Shown: positions 1 through 11,594, counted from the stretch's first letter. The stretch: DNA of 35,666 bases from Octopus bimaculoides (GCF_001194135.2 NC_068992.1:30300575-30336240); one strand, 5' to 3'. Notes: a model not told the origin generated them from the sequence alone. Made by a program: numbers and translations.

Positions 1-396
1 AACATAAATGACTCTTATTATTGCTAAACAAATTGGTGAATAATTTGGAAGTCGTAAATTAATGATATTGAGGTACAATGAAATATGGAAAAGAAGAAAT
101 AAGGTTAATAAAGCATTGCATATTATGTAATTGTTATGGGTGAATTTTACTATGAATTAAACCAAAAATAATGCGCTATTTTATGTTCAAAGATTTTATA
201 TTTGTTCTAATTTAGGTTAACAAATAAAGAATGTTTAGATAAATTATGTCAATCGTAATCAATCTATGATATCTTCTAACATATGGGGGAGTTAATGACA
301 TGTTTTACTAGAACTATTTTAGGAACTCATGCATTACGGGTTAATATGATAGCGTTTTATGAAAAAGTGATTGTTATTTAAATGCTGAAAAACGTG

Positions 397-1331
397 TTAC
401 TGCCAATGCTTACATCTGCAAGAGTTTTCGATGAACGTGTTTACCAGTTTATTCTTTGAAAATAATATAAAGTATAGTTCATTATTACATAATGAACATA
501 ATTTTCCACCCTTTTCATATGGCCTAGAAGTAGAAAGAATTAGCCAGTCTAGTTTAAATTTTATGTTATTATCTTTAAGTTCCCAAATTAGTTTGCTAAG
601 GCTCGTGGTATTACGTTTGTTTCTATCTCTAAAGGTGGAAGAATGATTAGATATTCTAGTGGATATTGATGAAGAGGAAGATCCAACATAAAAGGAAATA
701 TTTGTAGGAATACTGATTTGGCATTGATGAATAGTGTTTTTGAGTTTGGCATTATCACTTAAAAACCTAATTCTTTTGCTATTAACTTCAGAAATAATGA
801 TTTTGTTGTTGTGACTATTACTATTATATATCGTGTTATAATTATTGTTCCTTAGATTATTATTAGTGTTATTATTGTTATTATGGTAAGGGTTAATCAT
901 GTCTGGCTTAATGTTATTACTGTTGGAACTCTCTTGCGGATGCAAAAGCCTCATATTGTGTGCGGATATTATCTGTGAGATATTCTTCGTGTTAGAGAAA
1001 CCGAATCTAACCCTGTGCGTATTTATGACTGGGAAGTAATGAGAATGTTTTGGAAAATTCTTATTAATGGCGTTTTGGAACTGGGAAATCAAGTTTGATT
1101 TAACATTTTTGCTAAAAGGTAGTGTCATCCAGACATTTTTATTAAATTCTGGTTTAGAATTTTTGCTAGTATTATTTTTAAATAGTTTTAGTTTATTATT
1201 ATCATTGAGAAAGGGTTTAAACTTACGGTTACTTCCCCTATTTCGTGAATAAATATTTGGCTGGTTATTATCGTTAAATATTTTATGATGAGAATTATAA
1301 TTGTATTTGTTGTTGTTTTAATTAAAATTTA

Positions 1332-1389
<58 letters not shown>

Positions 1390-1568
1390 GTTAATCAAAT
1401 ATGTTTCATCAGTAGAATATATATAGTTAACCTTTTCTCTATAACCTGCTTTTAATAAAGCTGAGTTGTAAAATTCAGCCTCCTTATTGAAAATATTTTC
1501 GTTATTAGATAGATTGGATAGTCTAAGTGAGATGTTCTTAACTAAGTTTCTTGTTACCGAATTTGGAT
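397..1568 (-). mobile_element. Penelope-like retroelement, 3' part of ORF (RT thumb, Asn-rich linker, GIY-YIG endonuclease); 5' part lost in the assembly gap
   Basis: ORF 397..1128 has PLE signatures: VWMTLPFSKNVKSN (cf. WFNPPFS..V.TN), YVGSS...TRISNHSSTF...KRNTTSLSKLIWELKDNNIKFKLDWLILSTSRPYEKGGKLCSLCNNE...CRCKH. My manual translation of the same frame upstream gives PNSVTRNLVKNISLRLSNLSNNENIFNKEAEFYNSALLKAGYREK (PLE RT thumb) up to the gap at 1569, with one in-frame TAA at 1318-1320. Confidence 0.9.
1333..1390. repeat. (ATT)n microsatellite encoding poly-Asn in the PLE linker
   Basis: Direct read; in frame as AAT codons on the minus strand. Confidence 0.95.
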
Positions 1569-2678
1569 NNNNNNNNNNNNNNNNNNNNNNNNNNNNNNNN
1601 NNNNNNNNNNNNNNNNNNNNNNNNNNNNNNNNNNNNNNNNNNNNNNNNNNNNNNNNNNNNNNNNNNNNNNNNNNNNNNNNNNNNNNNNNNNNNNNNNNNN
1701 NNNNNNNNNNNNNNNNNNNNNNNNNNNNNNNNNNNNNNNNNNNNNNNNNNNNNNNNNNNNNNNNNNNNNNNNNNNNNNNNNNNNNNNNNNNNNNNNNNNN
1801 NNNNNNNNNNNNNNNNNNNNNNNNNNNNNNNNNNNNNNNNNNNNNNNNNNNNNNNNNNNNNNNNNNNNNNNNNNNNNNNNNNNNNNNNNNNNNNNNNNNN
1901 NNNNNNNNNNNNNNNNNNNNNNNNNNNNNNNNNNNNNNNNNNNNNNNNNNNNNNNNNNNNNNTATATATATACATAGTAGTGGCGTATGTACGTTTTGAC
2001 TCGTATATGTAAGTATACATTTTTTCTAAATCTTGTACGACTCTACTTCTGTCTATCAGCCTCTTGACCCTTATTCGTTCATTCCATTGTTCGTCTTTCG
2101 GTCCCCCTCGCTCACATTCCCTTGCCTTCTCTTCTTGCTGAATTTCCCTCCACTTTTCTTTTCTCTGTGTCACTGTCATTTAATATCTCCGCATTCATTC
2201 CCAGTTGCACAGTACATGTATAGAATCCAAACTAGTTGTACGTTCTCATTAATATAATAGATATTGAGCAATATCGGATATTTCGCAATCATTTCAAGAA
2301 AAGAAATCACTTCTTATCATTGTCTCAGCACAGGGAAAGCGTATACTTTTATATAATCAGAATTTGCTGTTTTACCTTTGTAATCAATGATCTAAAATTT
2401 AGGAAATGCAATTACATACAGTAAGTTTGTCATTGAAGGTATTGTCTATGAAAGAAAAGCAATGATGATCAGACAGAAGGAAGCATATGTAAAAGAAAGC
2501 GTAAACACACGGAGAACAATGCTTGCAATCAGCCTCGGTCTTGCAACCGAGAGTGATATACACATAAAGGGGCAAGTCAAATCTCTTCTTAAGCCCGTTC
2601 CCGCTTCATTTTACAAGGCTACCATATACATGAGAAGGATAGAGATAGTTAAATATGTAAATAGGTAGATATCCACAC

Positions 2679-2770
2679 ACTTACCCACTAATGGAATATA
2701 GCTGTTGTTCTACAATCAATTATACTTCTTAGACAGCACGACTTACCTGCAAAGAAAAATAAAACCTTTT
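2679..2770 (-). other. Candidate recursive splice site (3'SS fused to 5'SS) with a 62-nt RS-exon and downstream 5'SS
   Basis: The minus strand reads ggttttatttttctttgCAG|GTAAGTc (junction 2747/2746), and 62 nt later TGG|GTAAGT (2685/2684). The 62-nt segment has stops in all three frames. Confidence 0.4.
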
Positions 2771-2905
2771 AAATCATGTAGAAATTGCTGAACTATATGT
2801 ATTTATACACACAAAACACAGACACACACACGCATGCACACGCACCCCCTACACACACTGACACACATGTATATGTACATATATATATATATATGACATT
2901 ACTAC

Positions 2906-3270
2906 GGCACTCCGTCGGTTACGACGGCAAGTGTTCCAGTTGATCCAATCAACAGCCTGCTCGTGAAATTTACGTGCAAGTGACCGAGCACTCTGTACTC
3001 TTAACGTAGTTCTCAGGGACATTCAGCGCGACACAAATTCTGACAAGGCTGGCCTTTTGAAATACAGGTACAACAGAAACAGGAAAAAAGAATAAGAGAA
3101 ACTCGTAGTGAAAGAGTACAGCAGCGGGTTAGCCACCATCCCTTACCGGAGCCTCGTGGAGCTTTAAGTGTTTTCGCTCAATAAACACTCACAATACCCG
3201 GTCCAGGAATCGAAACTGCGATCCTATGACCGCGAGTCCACTGTCCTAACTTGTGGCCTTTGCGCCTCCA
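2906..3270 (-). mobile_element. tRNA-derived SINE, family A (Octopus OR/OK-like), near full length
   Basis: Minus-strand head GGAGGCGCAAAGGCC...GGACTCGCGGTC...GTTTCGATTCC has A/B-box-like motifs. It aligns by eye along its length with the copy at 15169-15556, including the tail ...GTAACCGACGGAGTGCC. Confidence 0.85.
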
Positions 3271-3283
3271 CATATATGATATA

Positions 3284-3284
3284 G

Positions 3285-3368
<84 letters not shown>
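3284..3368. repeat. (CTAT)n tetranucleotide microsatellite
   Basis: Direct read. Confidence 0.97.
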
Positions 3369-3440
3369 ACAGGCATTGATATTGGTATATTTTTTTTACC
3401 CATAAGAAAAGTATGTGTGACATACTTAAAGAAATAAAAA

Positions 3441-3748
3441 GTCACGTGGATTAATGGTTAGGGTATTCGGCTCACGATCGTTAGTTCTATTCCCGGCGAC
3501 GCGTTCTGTCCTTGAGCAACTCTTTTTTTCATGATACTGCAGTCAACTTAACTGGCAATAATGAGTAGTACCTATGTTTGAAAGGGCCATCCTTGACAGA
3601 ATCCGCATCATGCTGAATGTCACTCAGAACTACATTAAGAGTATATGTATCTGTGGAGTGCTCAATTACATGCACGTTAATTTTATGAGCAGGCTGTTCT
3701 GTTGATTGGTTCAACTGAAACCCTCGACTGGTAACCGACGGAGTGTCA
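3441..3748 (+). mobile_element. tRNA-derived SINE, family B (different head and core, same 3' tail as family A)
   Basis: tRNA-like head (gtggattaatggttagggtattcggctcacgatc) and a GTCCTTGAGCAA core motif. The 3' half (ctgtggagtgctc...tgcacgttaattt...gcaggctgttc.gttgat...caactg.aaccctc...gtaaccgacggagtg) is shared with family A. Confidence 0.75.
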
Positions 3749-3856
3749 ATGTATGTAAAGAGCGGTGCATTAAAAGCAGTAGAAATACAATTTTCTTAGT
3801 GATATAATATTCGTATTTCTGAATGTACATTTGTATATAGCACAGACTTATAAGTA

Positions 3857-3935
3857 GAAAGGTGGGCTGGAAAGTTCGCATGCTGACCGAAGTAATCTCA
3901 TGGACCGTGACCAAGTGCTTTTTATTCTTTCGAGG
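3857..3935 (+). mobile_element. Possible mariner-type terminal inverted repeat fragment
   Basis: aaggtgggctggaaagttcgcatgctgacc resembles mariner termini of the TACGAGGGTGGGCTGAAAAGTTC type (from memory). No partner TIR found. Confidence 0.3.
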
Positions 3936-5972
3936 GGTGTTTCCACTACATGGATTATCTCGTTGTCTCTGGTTCAAAGTGATGACCACCATACTAATCC
4001 TGGATTCAAGTAAACTAGCTGGGTCTACCTCAAATATTGTCGGTTTTTCCCGTGATGTAACCGATCTAGTGCAATACAATTCAAAATGGCTTTTCTTTAC
4101 TTCAGTGCAAGAAGGAAATTATACTGTATATAATAAGTCTTGCAGAAACATAACCATAGATAGTTTTTGAAATTAAGACTATGTGGTAAAGATTGTACGA
4201 GAGACTAACGTCTATATATATTAAAACAAATATAATAGTTAAAATAAGTCAATGATGTCATTGACGGGAATAATATTCATAACTGCATTGCACACTAAAA
4301 GCCATTACGATGCTTGTCGCTCATGAAAAATTAATATTCACGTATTTACGAGATGTGAAATAAAAACAACTGTTAAGAACGAAACAAAGAAACGTGAGCA
4401 AGCACACTTTAAGTAATATACATTCTTTAAAACCTTATTCTGTAAGATGAAATGCAATTTGGATAAAACATTTTTTTTTATCACAAACAAATAAATAAAG
4501 TTCCCAAAAATTCGATATCTCCTGGGCGTACTTGTCTAAATAGGAAATTCATCAGGGTTTAACTGGAATATTTATCCATTCTCATATTGAATATAATTTA
4601 TATATGACTCTGGAGAACGCGTAAGAACTTTATTAAAAGCTTTATAGATACATTGTTTTTTGCCTCTGTTCTATTTTCGTATTTGAATAATCATGTTCAT
4701 TGATATAAGAAGCATTTTTGCTTTCCTTGCACGTTAATGCAAATATCATATGTTCATATCAGATAATGTTCCTCAAGGGATTGAAATAAGATAACACAAC
4801 GATCGTTCTTGAAGGAATATATAATCAACACTGTAGGGTTATAAGCATTAATCTTTTTCATGAATACGTAGATTATATACTGTGTATCCTACGTACGTAT
4901 ATAAACTTCCCCATGCATATACAAAGATGCTGCAGGGGACGTTTAGAGTTCTACGATTCCACACAATAAAGAAATATACTAGAAGTAAAAGGAAAAATGT
5001 AAAGTATGCGTTAAATGGCAAGTAATATTCCAGGATCAGGCATTTTAAAAAGAGATAAAGAATACATTTTAGCAATTTTAAGAAGCAACATAAAAAAAAA
5101 CTATAATAATGGGAGAAGACAAATAAAGAACCAAAATAAAAAAGAAATGAAATTAAATAAGAAAATTGGAAATGGCAAAATTTGAAAGTAAAATAAGCTA
5201 TAAGGAATACCACGTGATTTCAATAGCGGCTCCACTAACAAAGCGTTACATTTAGTACTTAGTAGAAGTTAGTATATTGAGTATTGTTCATGGTTTCTTG
5301 ATTGATTTTTTTTTTTTTTAGAATATATACCGAAATAAAATGTAATGACACTTTTATTAGAATAATGAAATTGAGAAATTAAAGTAATTCTCTCTCTTAA
5401 TAAGCTATTTCTTTTTCTCTCTCTCTTTGCTGTAGCTGACTTTAATTTATTAATGCACGTGACTGTTTTTTTTTTTTTTAAGTAGTAATGTAGTTAGGAG
5501 CACAAAATAACTATGAATGAATTATGATAATCAATACTTTGATGCGAGGTGAAAAATCGCATTAAAAACATTATTTGTTTTATTGTCTATCGTAGATAGA
5601 ATAATGCAGGCGTGAACGTTATTATAGATGGATGAAGGTGTTTTTTTCTTTTTTCATAGGAAGTCATTAAAGCGATGTTTCGATTGACACGACTTCTCTG
5701 TTATAATTAAGAGTTATAATTTTGCATTGAACGAGGTTACCTGGAACAAACATACGTACATATACAGAATAGAAGAACAGCTGCTACAAACCATCTATTG
5801 TCTATTTCATCATCATCCTCAACTACACTATTTCAATATAATACAAATACACACACACAGACACACATATACACACATGCACCCAAAAACACACGCATGC
5901 ATGTACACAAACATATACGTGTGTGCATACATATCTATATATCTCTCTCTATATATGCACGTATATCTATAA

Positions 5973-6012
<40 letters not shown>

Positions 6013-6465
6013 NNNNNNNNNNNNNNNNNNNNNNNNNNNNNNNNNNNNNNNNNNNNNNNNNNNNNNNNNNNNNNNNNNNNNNNNNNNNNNNNNNNNNNNN
6101 NNNNNNNNNNNNNNNNNNNNNNNNNNNNNNNNNNNNNNNNNNNNNNNNNNNNNNNNNNNNNNNNNNNNNNNNNNNNNNNNNNNNNNNNNNNNNNNNNNNN
6201 NNNNNNNNNNNNNNNNNNNNNNNNNNNNNNNNNNNNNNNNNNNNNNNNNNNNNNNNNNNNNNNNNNNNNNNNNNNNNNNNNNNNNNNNNNNNNNNNNNNN
6301 NNNNNNNNNNNNNNNNNNNNNNNNNNNNNNNNNNNNNNNNNNNNNNNNNNNNNNNNNNNNNNNNNNNNNNNNNNNNNNNNNNNNNNNNNNNNNNNNNNNN
6401 NNNNNNNNNNNNNNNNNNNNNNNNNNNNNNNATATATATATATATATATATATACTTACACGGCA

Positions 6466-6620
6466 GACGTCATTTCAATTTACATCCTACGAATCGACTG
6501 AGAAGGCTTTGGTTGGCTCAAGACTATAGAATAAACATTTGCACAATGTGACACGCAGCCTGACTGAACCCGAAACCATAGGGGTCGGAATCAAGCTTCT
6601 TACCATAGTCATGCTTGAGC
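6466..6620 (-). mobile_element. Degenerate SINE head, family C
   Basis: aaggctttggttggctcaagactataga...ctgaacccgaaaccat...caagcttcttacca aligns with 30600-30762. Confidence 0.7.
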
Positions 6621-6646
6621 CCACATCTATATATTTGTACGAAGCA

Positions 6647-7530
6647 TACGACGAGGTAACTAAAAGTAACCGGAACCAATCTCTGTGGGACAAGCCAGTT
6701 GCAGTTCATTTTCCGTCGCTAGACGATACTTGATGCAACCCTCAGGAATCAGTCAGGTGACCGGCGTTGTCGCATGTAGTCGTATTGCCACTTGGTGAGC
6801 CTCGGTTTTGCAGTGCTTCTTTGTTCGTCGATTTTTGTGATGCTTTCGAGAAATTCTGTTTTCTGCCGGGGAAAATGGCTGCCAAAACAGTTGTCATGCC
6901 TCAAACAGCTTAAAAGGACGCTGTCACGAACAAAACACAAGTTTGCGAGTGGTTTCCACGCAAGCTTTAGAAACGGCCACTTGTCGCTGGAAGACGAACT
7001 TCCTTCAGAACGAACGTCGAGCGCCGGAATAAATGAAAATATCACGAAAATACAATAATTGATCTTGAAGGATCTTCACCGAACAACTAACGAACTTGTT
7101 GATATGACTGGTGTGTTCTGGAACTTCTGCCAAGGAATTTTGAACGAGAAATTGCGAATGAAAAGAGTTTGAGCCAAATCTGGGCCTTGCTTCGTCACGG
7201 AGGATCAAAAGTAGTCACAACTGCAAGCGTGTTGTGAATTGAAAGAACAGTTGGAAGTTGATACAAATATGTTTTGGAAGATCATCGCTGGTGATGCAAG
7301 CTAGGGATACGGCTACGACCCAGAAACGAAGCAGAAATCAAGTCAATGGACACATTAAATTTTGTCGCACCATACAAAATGTGTCAAGTGAAGTCCAATG
7401 TCAAGACGATGCTGATTTGTTTCGTCGGTGTGATGAACTATGACAAAGCGGAGAGTGGTGGTTTCATTACGGCCATGCGCCTGCCAACACCGGCTTGAGT
7501 ATGAGACAGTTGTGTGACGAAAAATTTCAG
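6647..7530 (+). pseudogene. Decayed mariner (Tc1/mariner) transposase with putative left TIR; internally deleted and 3'-truncated
   Basis: Frame-hopping translation gives KFCFLPGK..KTVVM.QTA*KDA...KTQVCEWF / FRNGHLSLEDELPSERTSS...ENITKIQ*LIL.D..RTTNELVDMTGV.W..CQ.IL.EKLRMKRV*AK / KIIAGD..*GYGYDPETKQKSSQW (D..W.Y.YDPE.K..S.QW motif) / WWFHYGHAPANT (HHDNAP.H motif). TA followed by CGACGAGGTAACTAAAAGTAACCGGAA at 6647 resembles mariner TIRs. Confidence 0.88.
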
Positions 7531-8346
7531 GACAATGGACATGAGTTAAAATACCAACAGTAATAAACGAATGGATAACTAATATATAGTACGTGTGTTC
7601 ATTTGGCAGGCAAAAAAGAATTACCATCCGGAAATACAACAATATCTGTTTTAAAACACGATTTCACATGAGTTTTGCAACACACATTCATAAACGTANN
7701 NNNNNNNNNNNNNNNNNNNNNNNNNNNNNNNNNNNNNNNNNNNNNNNNNNNNNNNNNNNNNNNNNNNNNNNNNNNNNNNNNNNNNNNNNNNNNNNNNNNN
7801 NNNNNNNNNNNNNNNNNNNNNNNNNNNNNNNNNNNNNNNNNNNNNNNNNNNNNNNNNNNNNNNNNNNNNNNNNNNNTATATATAAATTTGTAAGATAAAT
7901 AAAGAGGTTATTCGTGTAAGGTCGTAAATAATATATATTTTAATTATAAAATATTTGACTGTTCATATGTCAAACTAAATACAACTTCAATGAGAATGAG
8001 GAAAAAAGTTTGGTACGCAAAAAATAATTTGATACATTCGGATTGACTCGCCTACTAAATCTCTATTCTTTCCACCACGCACCCTCATATAGATAAAACT
8101 AATATATAAATATACCATGCAGTGTATATCTTGAGGTGCAAATTCATAAATAAGAACCCGCAACTTACAGCTGAATATCAAAGTGGATTACTGAATAAAT
8201 AACTGAACGTTTGTGGCCACATGACAATGAATTGTTAATATTGATGAAGTAAAATTTTAAAAACGAATCTGAAGGACTTATCCGTTGAAAAATGGTCTTT
8301 ATTAACCATTAAAGACTGCATTTTTGTAATTTTTTCGTATCTGCAG

Positions 8347-8414
8347 CGTTTATAGTTCAAAGTTCCAACTTTATTAAGATACCGCCGGAGAAGTATAGAT
8401 ATTACAGAAATTAC
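8347..8414 (+). CDS. Candidate small coding exon of an unidentified gene (xFIVQSSNFIKIPPEKYRYYRNY)
   Basis: Acceptor ttttttcgtatctgCAG, perfect donor TAC|GTAAGT, open frame (phase 1 in, phase 0 out). No recognisable homology. Confidence 0.3.
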
Positions 8415-8436
8415 GTAAGTAAAGACGGCTGATTCA

Positions 8437-8487
8437 ATAAATAAATACAGACGATAAATAAATACAGACGCTAAATAAATACAGTCC
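8437..8487. repeat. 17-bp minisatellite x3 (ATAAATAAATACAGACG)
   Basis: Direct read; the third unit is diverged. Confidence 0.85.
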
Positions 8488-10279
8488 TCATGAATATTTA
8501 TTCCCGTATCTATACATGTTACCTGCTAGCATATATTTTATAACTGTACTTTGATTCGGTGCATTTCCTTGGTGAATGTGCTTGCGTATTTGTGTGTTCA
8601 TGCTCATGCGTTTATATCAATTTCTATGTGTATGTATGTTGGATTTTACTATCCATTAAATGTCAAGTAAATTACATTACCTTCAGTTATATTATATAAT
8701 AAAATAGGTCAACATGCAAAGATGCTAAAGCAACAGATAGAATGCTTTGACGTAATCGCTGTAGGTCTCTAGAATTTGAATTAAAATCTAGACTATGTCA
8801 AATTTATCTTTCATTGTTTCTAGTCCGATAAGTTAAATGCCAATCGAGTACTCGTATAGACTCTTATTTCTCTCTCACGTGAATACCCGTTCCTTCTTCC
8901 CGCTGATTTTATCTGGAAGAAATCGTATGCATTCATATAGAAAATGGATGTGTATGTTCAGGCTTAAAACGGTCCAACATCCACTCTGTGACACAGTAGC
9001 TTCCCTACCATTGCTCCATCGGGAGAAGAGGTGTCCACCACAACCATATTATAAATCGCATTCTAATATTTGGAACTATATGCAAAGCGAAATTAAGAAG
9101 TAACCTGATCTCCATGTGGTGGTCGATATTCATATTAAACTGTGAGTATATAATATCTATAGATTTTATGTGAAATGTTGAAATGTAATTGCTTGGCAAA
9201 GGCAATGTTAATAGTATGGTTTGTCAGTATCAATTCATTAAGCACAGTCGGATAATGCGTTCAATTAGTGATAAGTAATATGTCGGTTTAATATTGTATT
9301 TGAATACTGTATGCAGTGATTTCCTGTAGTAGCTCACAGTTAGCGGAAAACACAGACATTCTGGCGTCAAGGGTATATATATTTTCAGTTGGATAAATTC
9401 ACTCAAAATTTTAATGTAAATGATATAAATAATATCCGTCATTTTAAATGACAGCAGAAAGGCAAGTCAGTTTCTGTATATAATTTATCATCATACAATT
9501 CATTGAATAAAGTATTTAAAGATATTCACTTCAAGATTTCCCATGCATTTTATGAAATATGTTAGAGACACTTCAGGAACAATTTTTAGAGATATCGATA
9601 AGACCCAAACGATTCAGAAATTATATTTCGAGTATAACTTTTTACTTAAACATATTTTTCCGCAGTCACCTTTGCATGGTTAAACGTTCGAAAGAGATAA
9701 CAGTGTGTGAAACACAAATTTATATTGTTATATATTTAACAGAGATAAACAAATCTTATTTTTAAGGAAACGATTTATTCTATTAGTGATCCTGAAAACA
9801 AGATTTCTGTTTTAGATTATATTTCAAAATATCACGTTCTAGATCTCCCCTTTCAATTTTCAATTTCCACTAAGGATGAAATTCTATTCTATGAATGTTA
9901 GATTGCTTTAAAACAAGTAGCAGTTTCTACGAGTTTAGCCAACAATTTATATTTTGTGCCATGAAATATCATCATGTAATCAATGTAAGATTTCATTAGT
10001 AGCTAATTAAAATTCGTTCCATATATATAGAAACGCAAGAAAATCACATTTACAATCATTCTGTATAAATGTATATGGGAATATGAGTAACCGTCTCGCT
10101 AATATACATATTCGCATCAGAGACTTTGCATTAACTATCAACTTTATATTAGACTAATATAAACTTAAGTCGGTATGAAGGGCTGTTATACACCATCTGC
10201 GTCAAAAACTAACTTGACACATGGATACGTTTCCATTTACATTTAAATGCTCTGACGTTTTATTAAGTATGTACTGCAG

Positions 10280-10402
10280 ATACAAATTAGGAAAGAAGGA
10301 TTAATAAAATTGTGTGAAAGGATAAAGTTGATTAGATACACATACTTGGGTCTCAATGGTAGTTACACTTGTGATATGAAAATTATGCGCAGACCAAATT
10401 GT
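10280..10402 (+). CDS. Candidate 123-nt exon (IQIRKEGLIKLCERIKLIRYTYLGLNGSYTCDMKIMRRPNC)
   Basis: actgCAG acceptor with a weak pyrimidine tract, TGT|GTGAGT donor, 41 open codons (phase 0/0), phase-compatible with 8347-8414. Confidence 0.2.
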
Positions 10403-10496
10403 GTGAGTTGAATACCAACAGTAGAAGAATACGTCGCTCAACTCTTTCTGCAATCCATTGCAAATACATGCATAATAATAACTAATTTAGTTCCAT

Positions 10497-11177
10497 CAGA
10501 GGAGTCAGGCAGCATCCATGACTCTTTCTCGGACCTAAAGCATTTTTCGGGCGAGTAAAAGTAATGTGTGGATGTGTACTCTCAAATAATTAACAATATA
10601 TACGAAGGATTCAAAGAGTTATTTGCTAAAATGTACTATATGTGGGATGTAATAATTCAGGATATATTCATTAAGAGCTTTTTAGTTCTTCGGCACGGTC
10701 TTATTCTCCGAATGAATGGCGTGAACAACAAAGTATCTAAATATTTCTATTTACTTGTTGCAAAGAAGAAAATATAGAACAAATACATCTTCTAAGACGT
10801 GTTTGGGCACTTTATATTATAAACAAGCACTGCCATACTAATATGTGGGTTACACATATATAATTTGTAATAAACGGTTTAATAAACGTTGCCTAAATAA
10901 TGATACGTTCACATTTTATTCACATAAAAATATCACAATTGATAAAACTTTAGTTTCATAAAATTAGTGAAATTCACTTTTAGGAATTGAGTATTGTTAA
11001 TCTTGAAGTATTTTCAAGACATTTTTATGTACCATTTTGTATTAAAAACTTTGGAAGGAAACGAAAGCGATTGCAAGCACCTAAATTATTGCTGCTACTT
11101 ATAGTTTCAGCAGAGGAGTCAGGGCAGCATCCAAGGCTTTTTTTTCTGAACTAAGGCATATGTCGGGCGAGTAAAAG
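10497..11177 (+). repeat. Two direct copies of an approximately 65-bp unique-sequence motif (10497-10561 and 11111-11177)
   Basis: cagaggagtcagg(g)cagcatcca.g.ct.tt..tc.ga.ctaa.gcat.t.tcgggcgagtaaaag is present twice, about 615 bp apart. Weaker similarity extends about 45 bp upstream. Confidence 0.85.
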
Positions 11178-11552
11178 GTTTATTTCACAATCATGATATA
11201 TCGTTTTCGATCCCGCTCTGTAGAATCACCTGCAATCGTTATTTGTGTTAGTCTTGAATCAATGCATAATTTGTTGTCACACATTCAGTCATTCTGATGG
11301 TAACTGAGAATTACTTATGTTAGGCTAATATGTGTTAGTGGAGTAAAGAAACATTTACAAGTTAATTCAAGAGGCGAGAATACACATAGTGAGCAAGCCT
11401 CATCGGCATATATGTCTGCGTTCACACGCACACACAAATACATGCACACACTCACACATACAAGTAGCGGAATGCATGTATATATGCATGCACACATACA
11501 TATATATGTGTGTGTGTGTGATTGTATGTGTATACAGACATGCAATCATACG

Positions 11553-11594
<42 letters not shown>

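Noticed and set aside
4105-4170. Strong acceptor followed by VQEGNYTVYNKSCRNITIDSF* with three N-glycosylation sequons
   Set aside because: Only 21 codons, no good donor and no homology; sequons arise easily in AT-rich DNA.
8437-8487. Short direct-repeat array as CRISPR-like
   Set aside because: No spacers; a simple 17-bp minisatellite in a eukaryotic context.
10143-10163. Perfect 10-bp-arm palindrome TTTATATTAG-A-CTAATATAAA (also GTCAATGA-TG-TCATTGAC at 4248-4265)
   Set aside because: Short, AT-rich and isolated; expected occasionally by chance in 35 kb.
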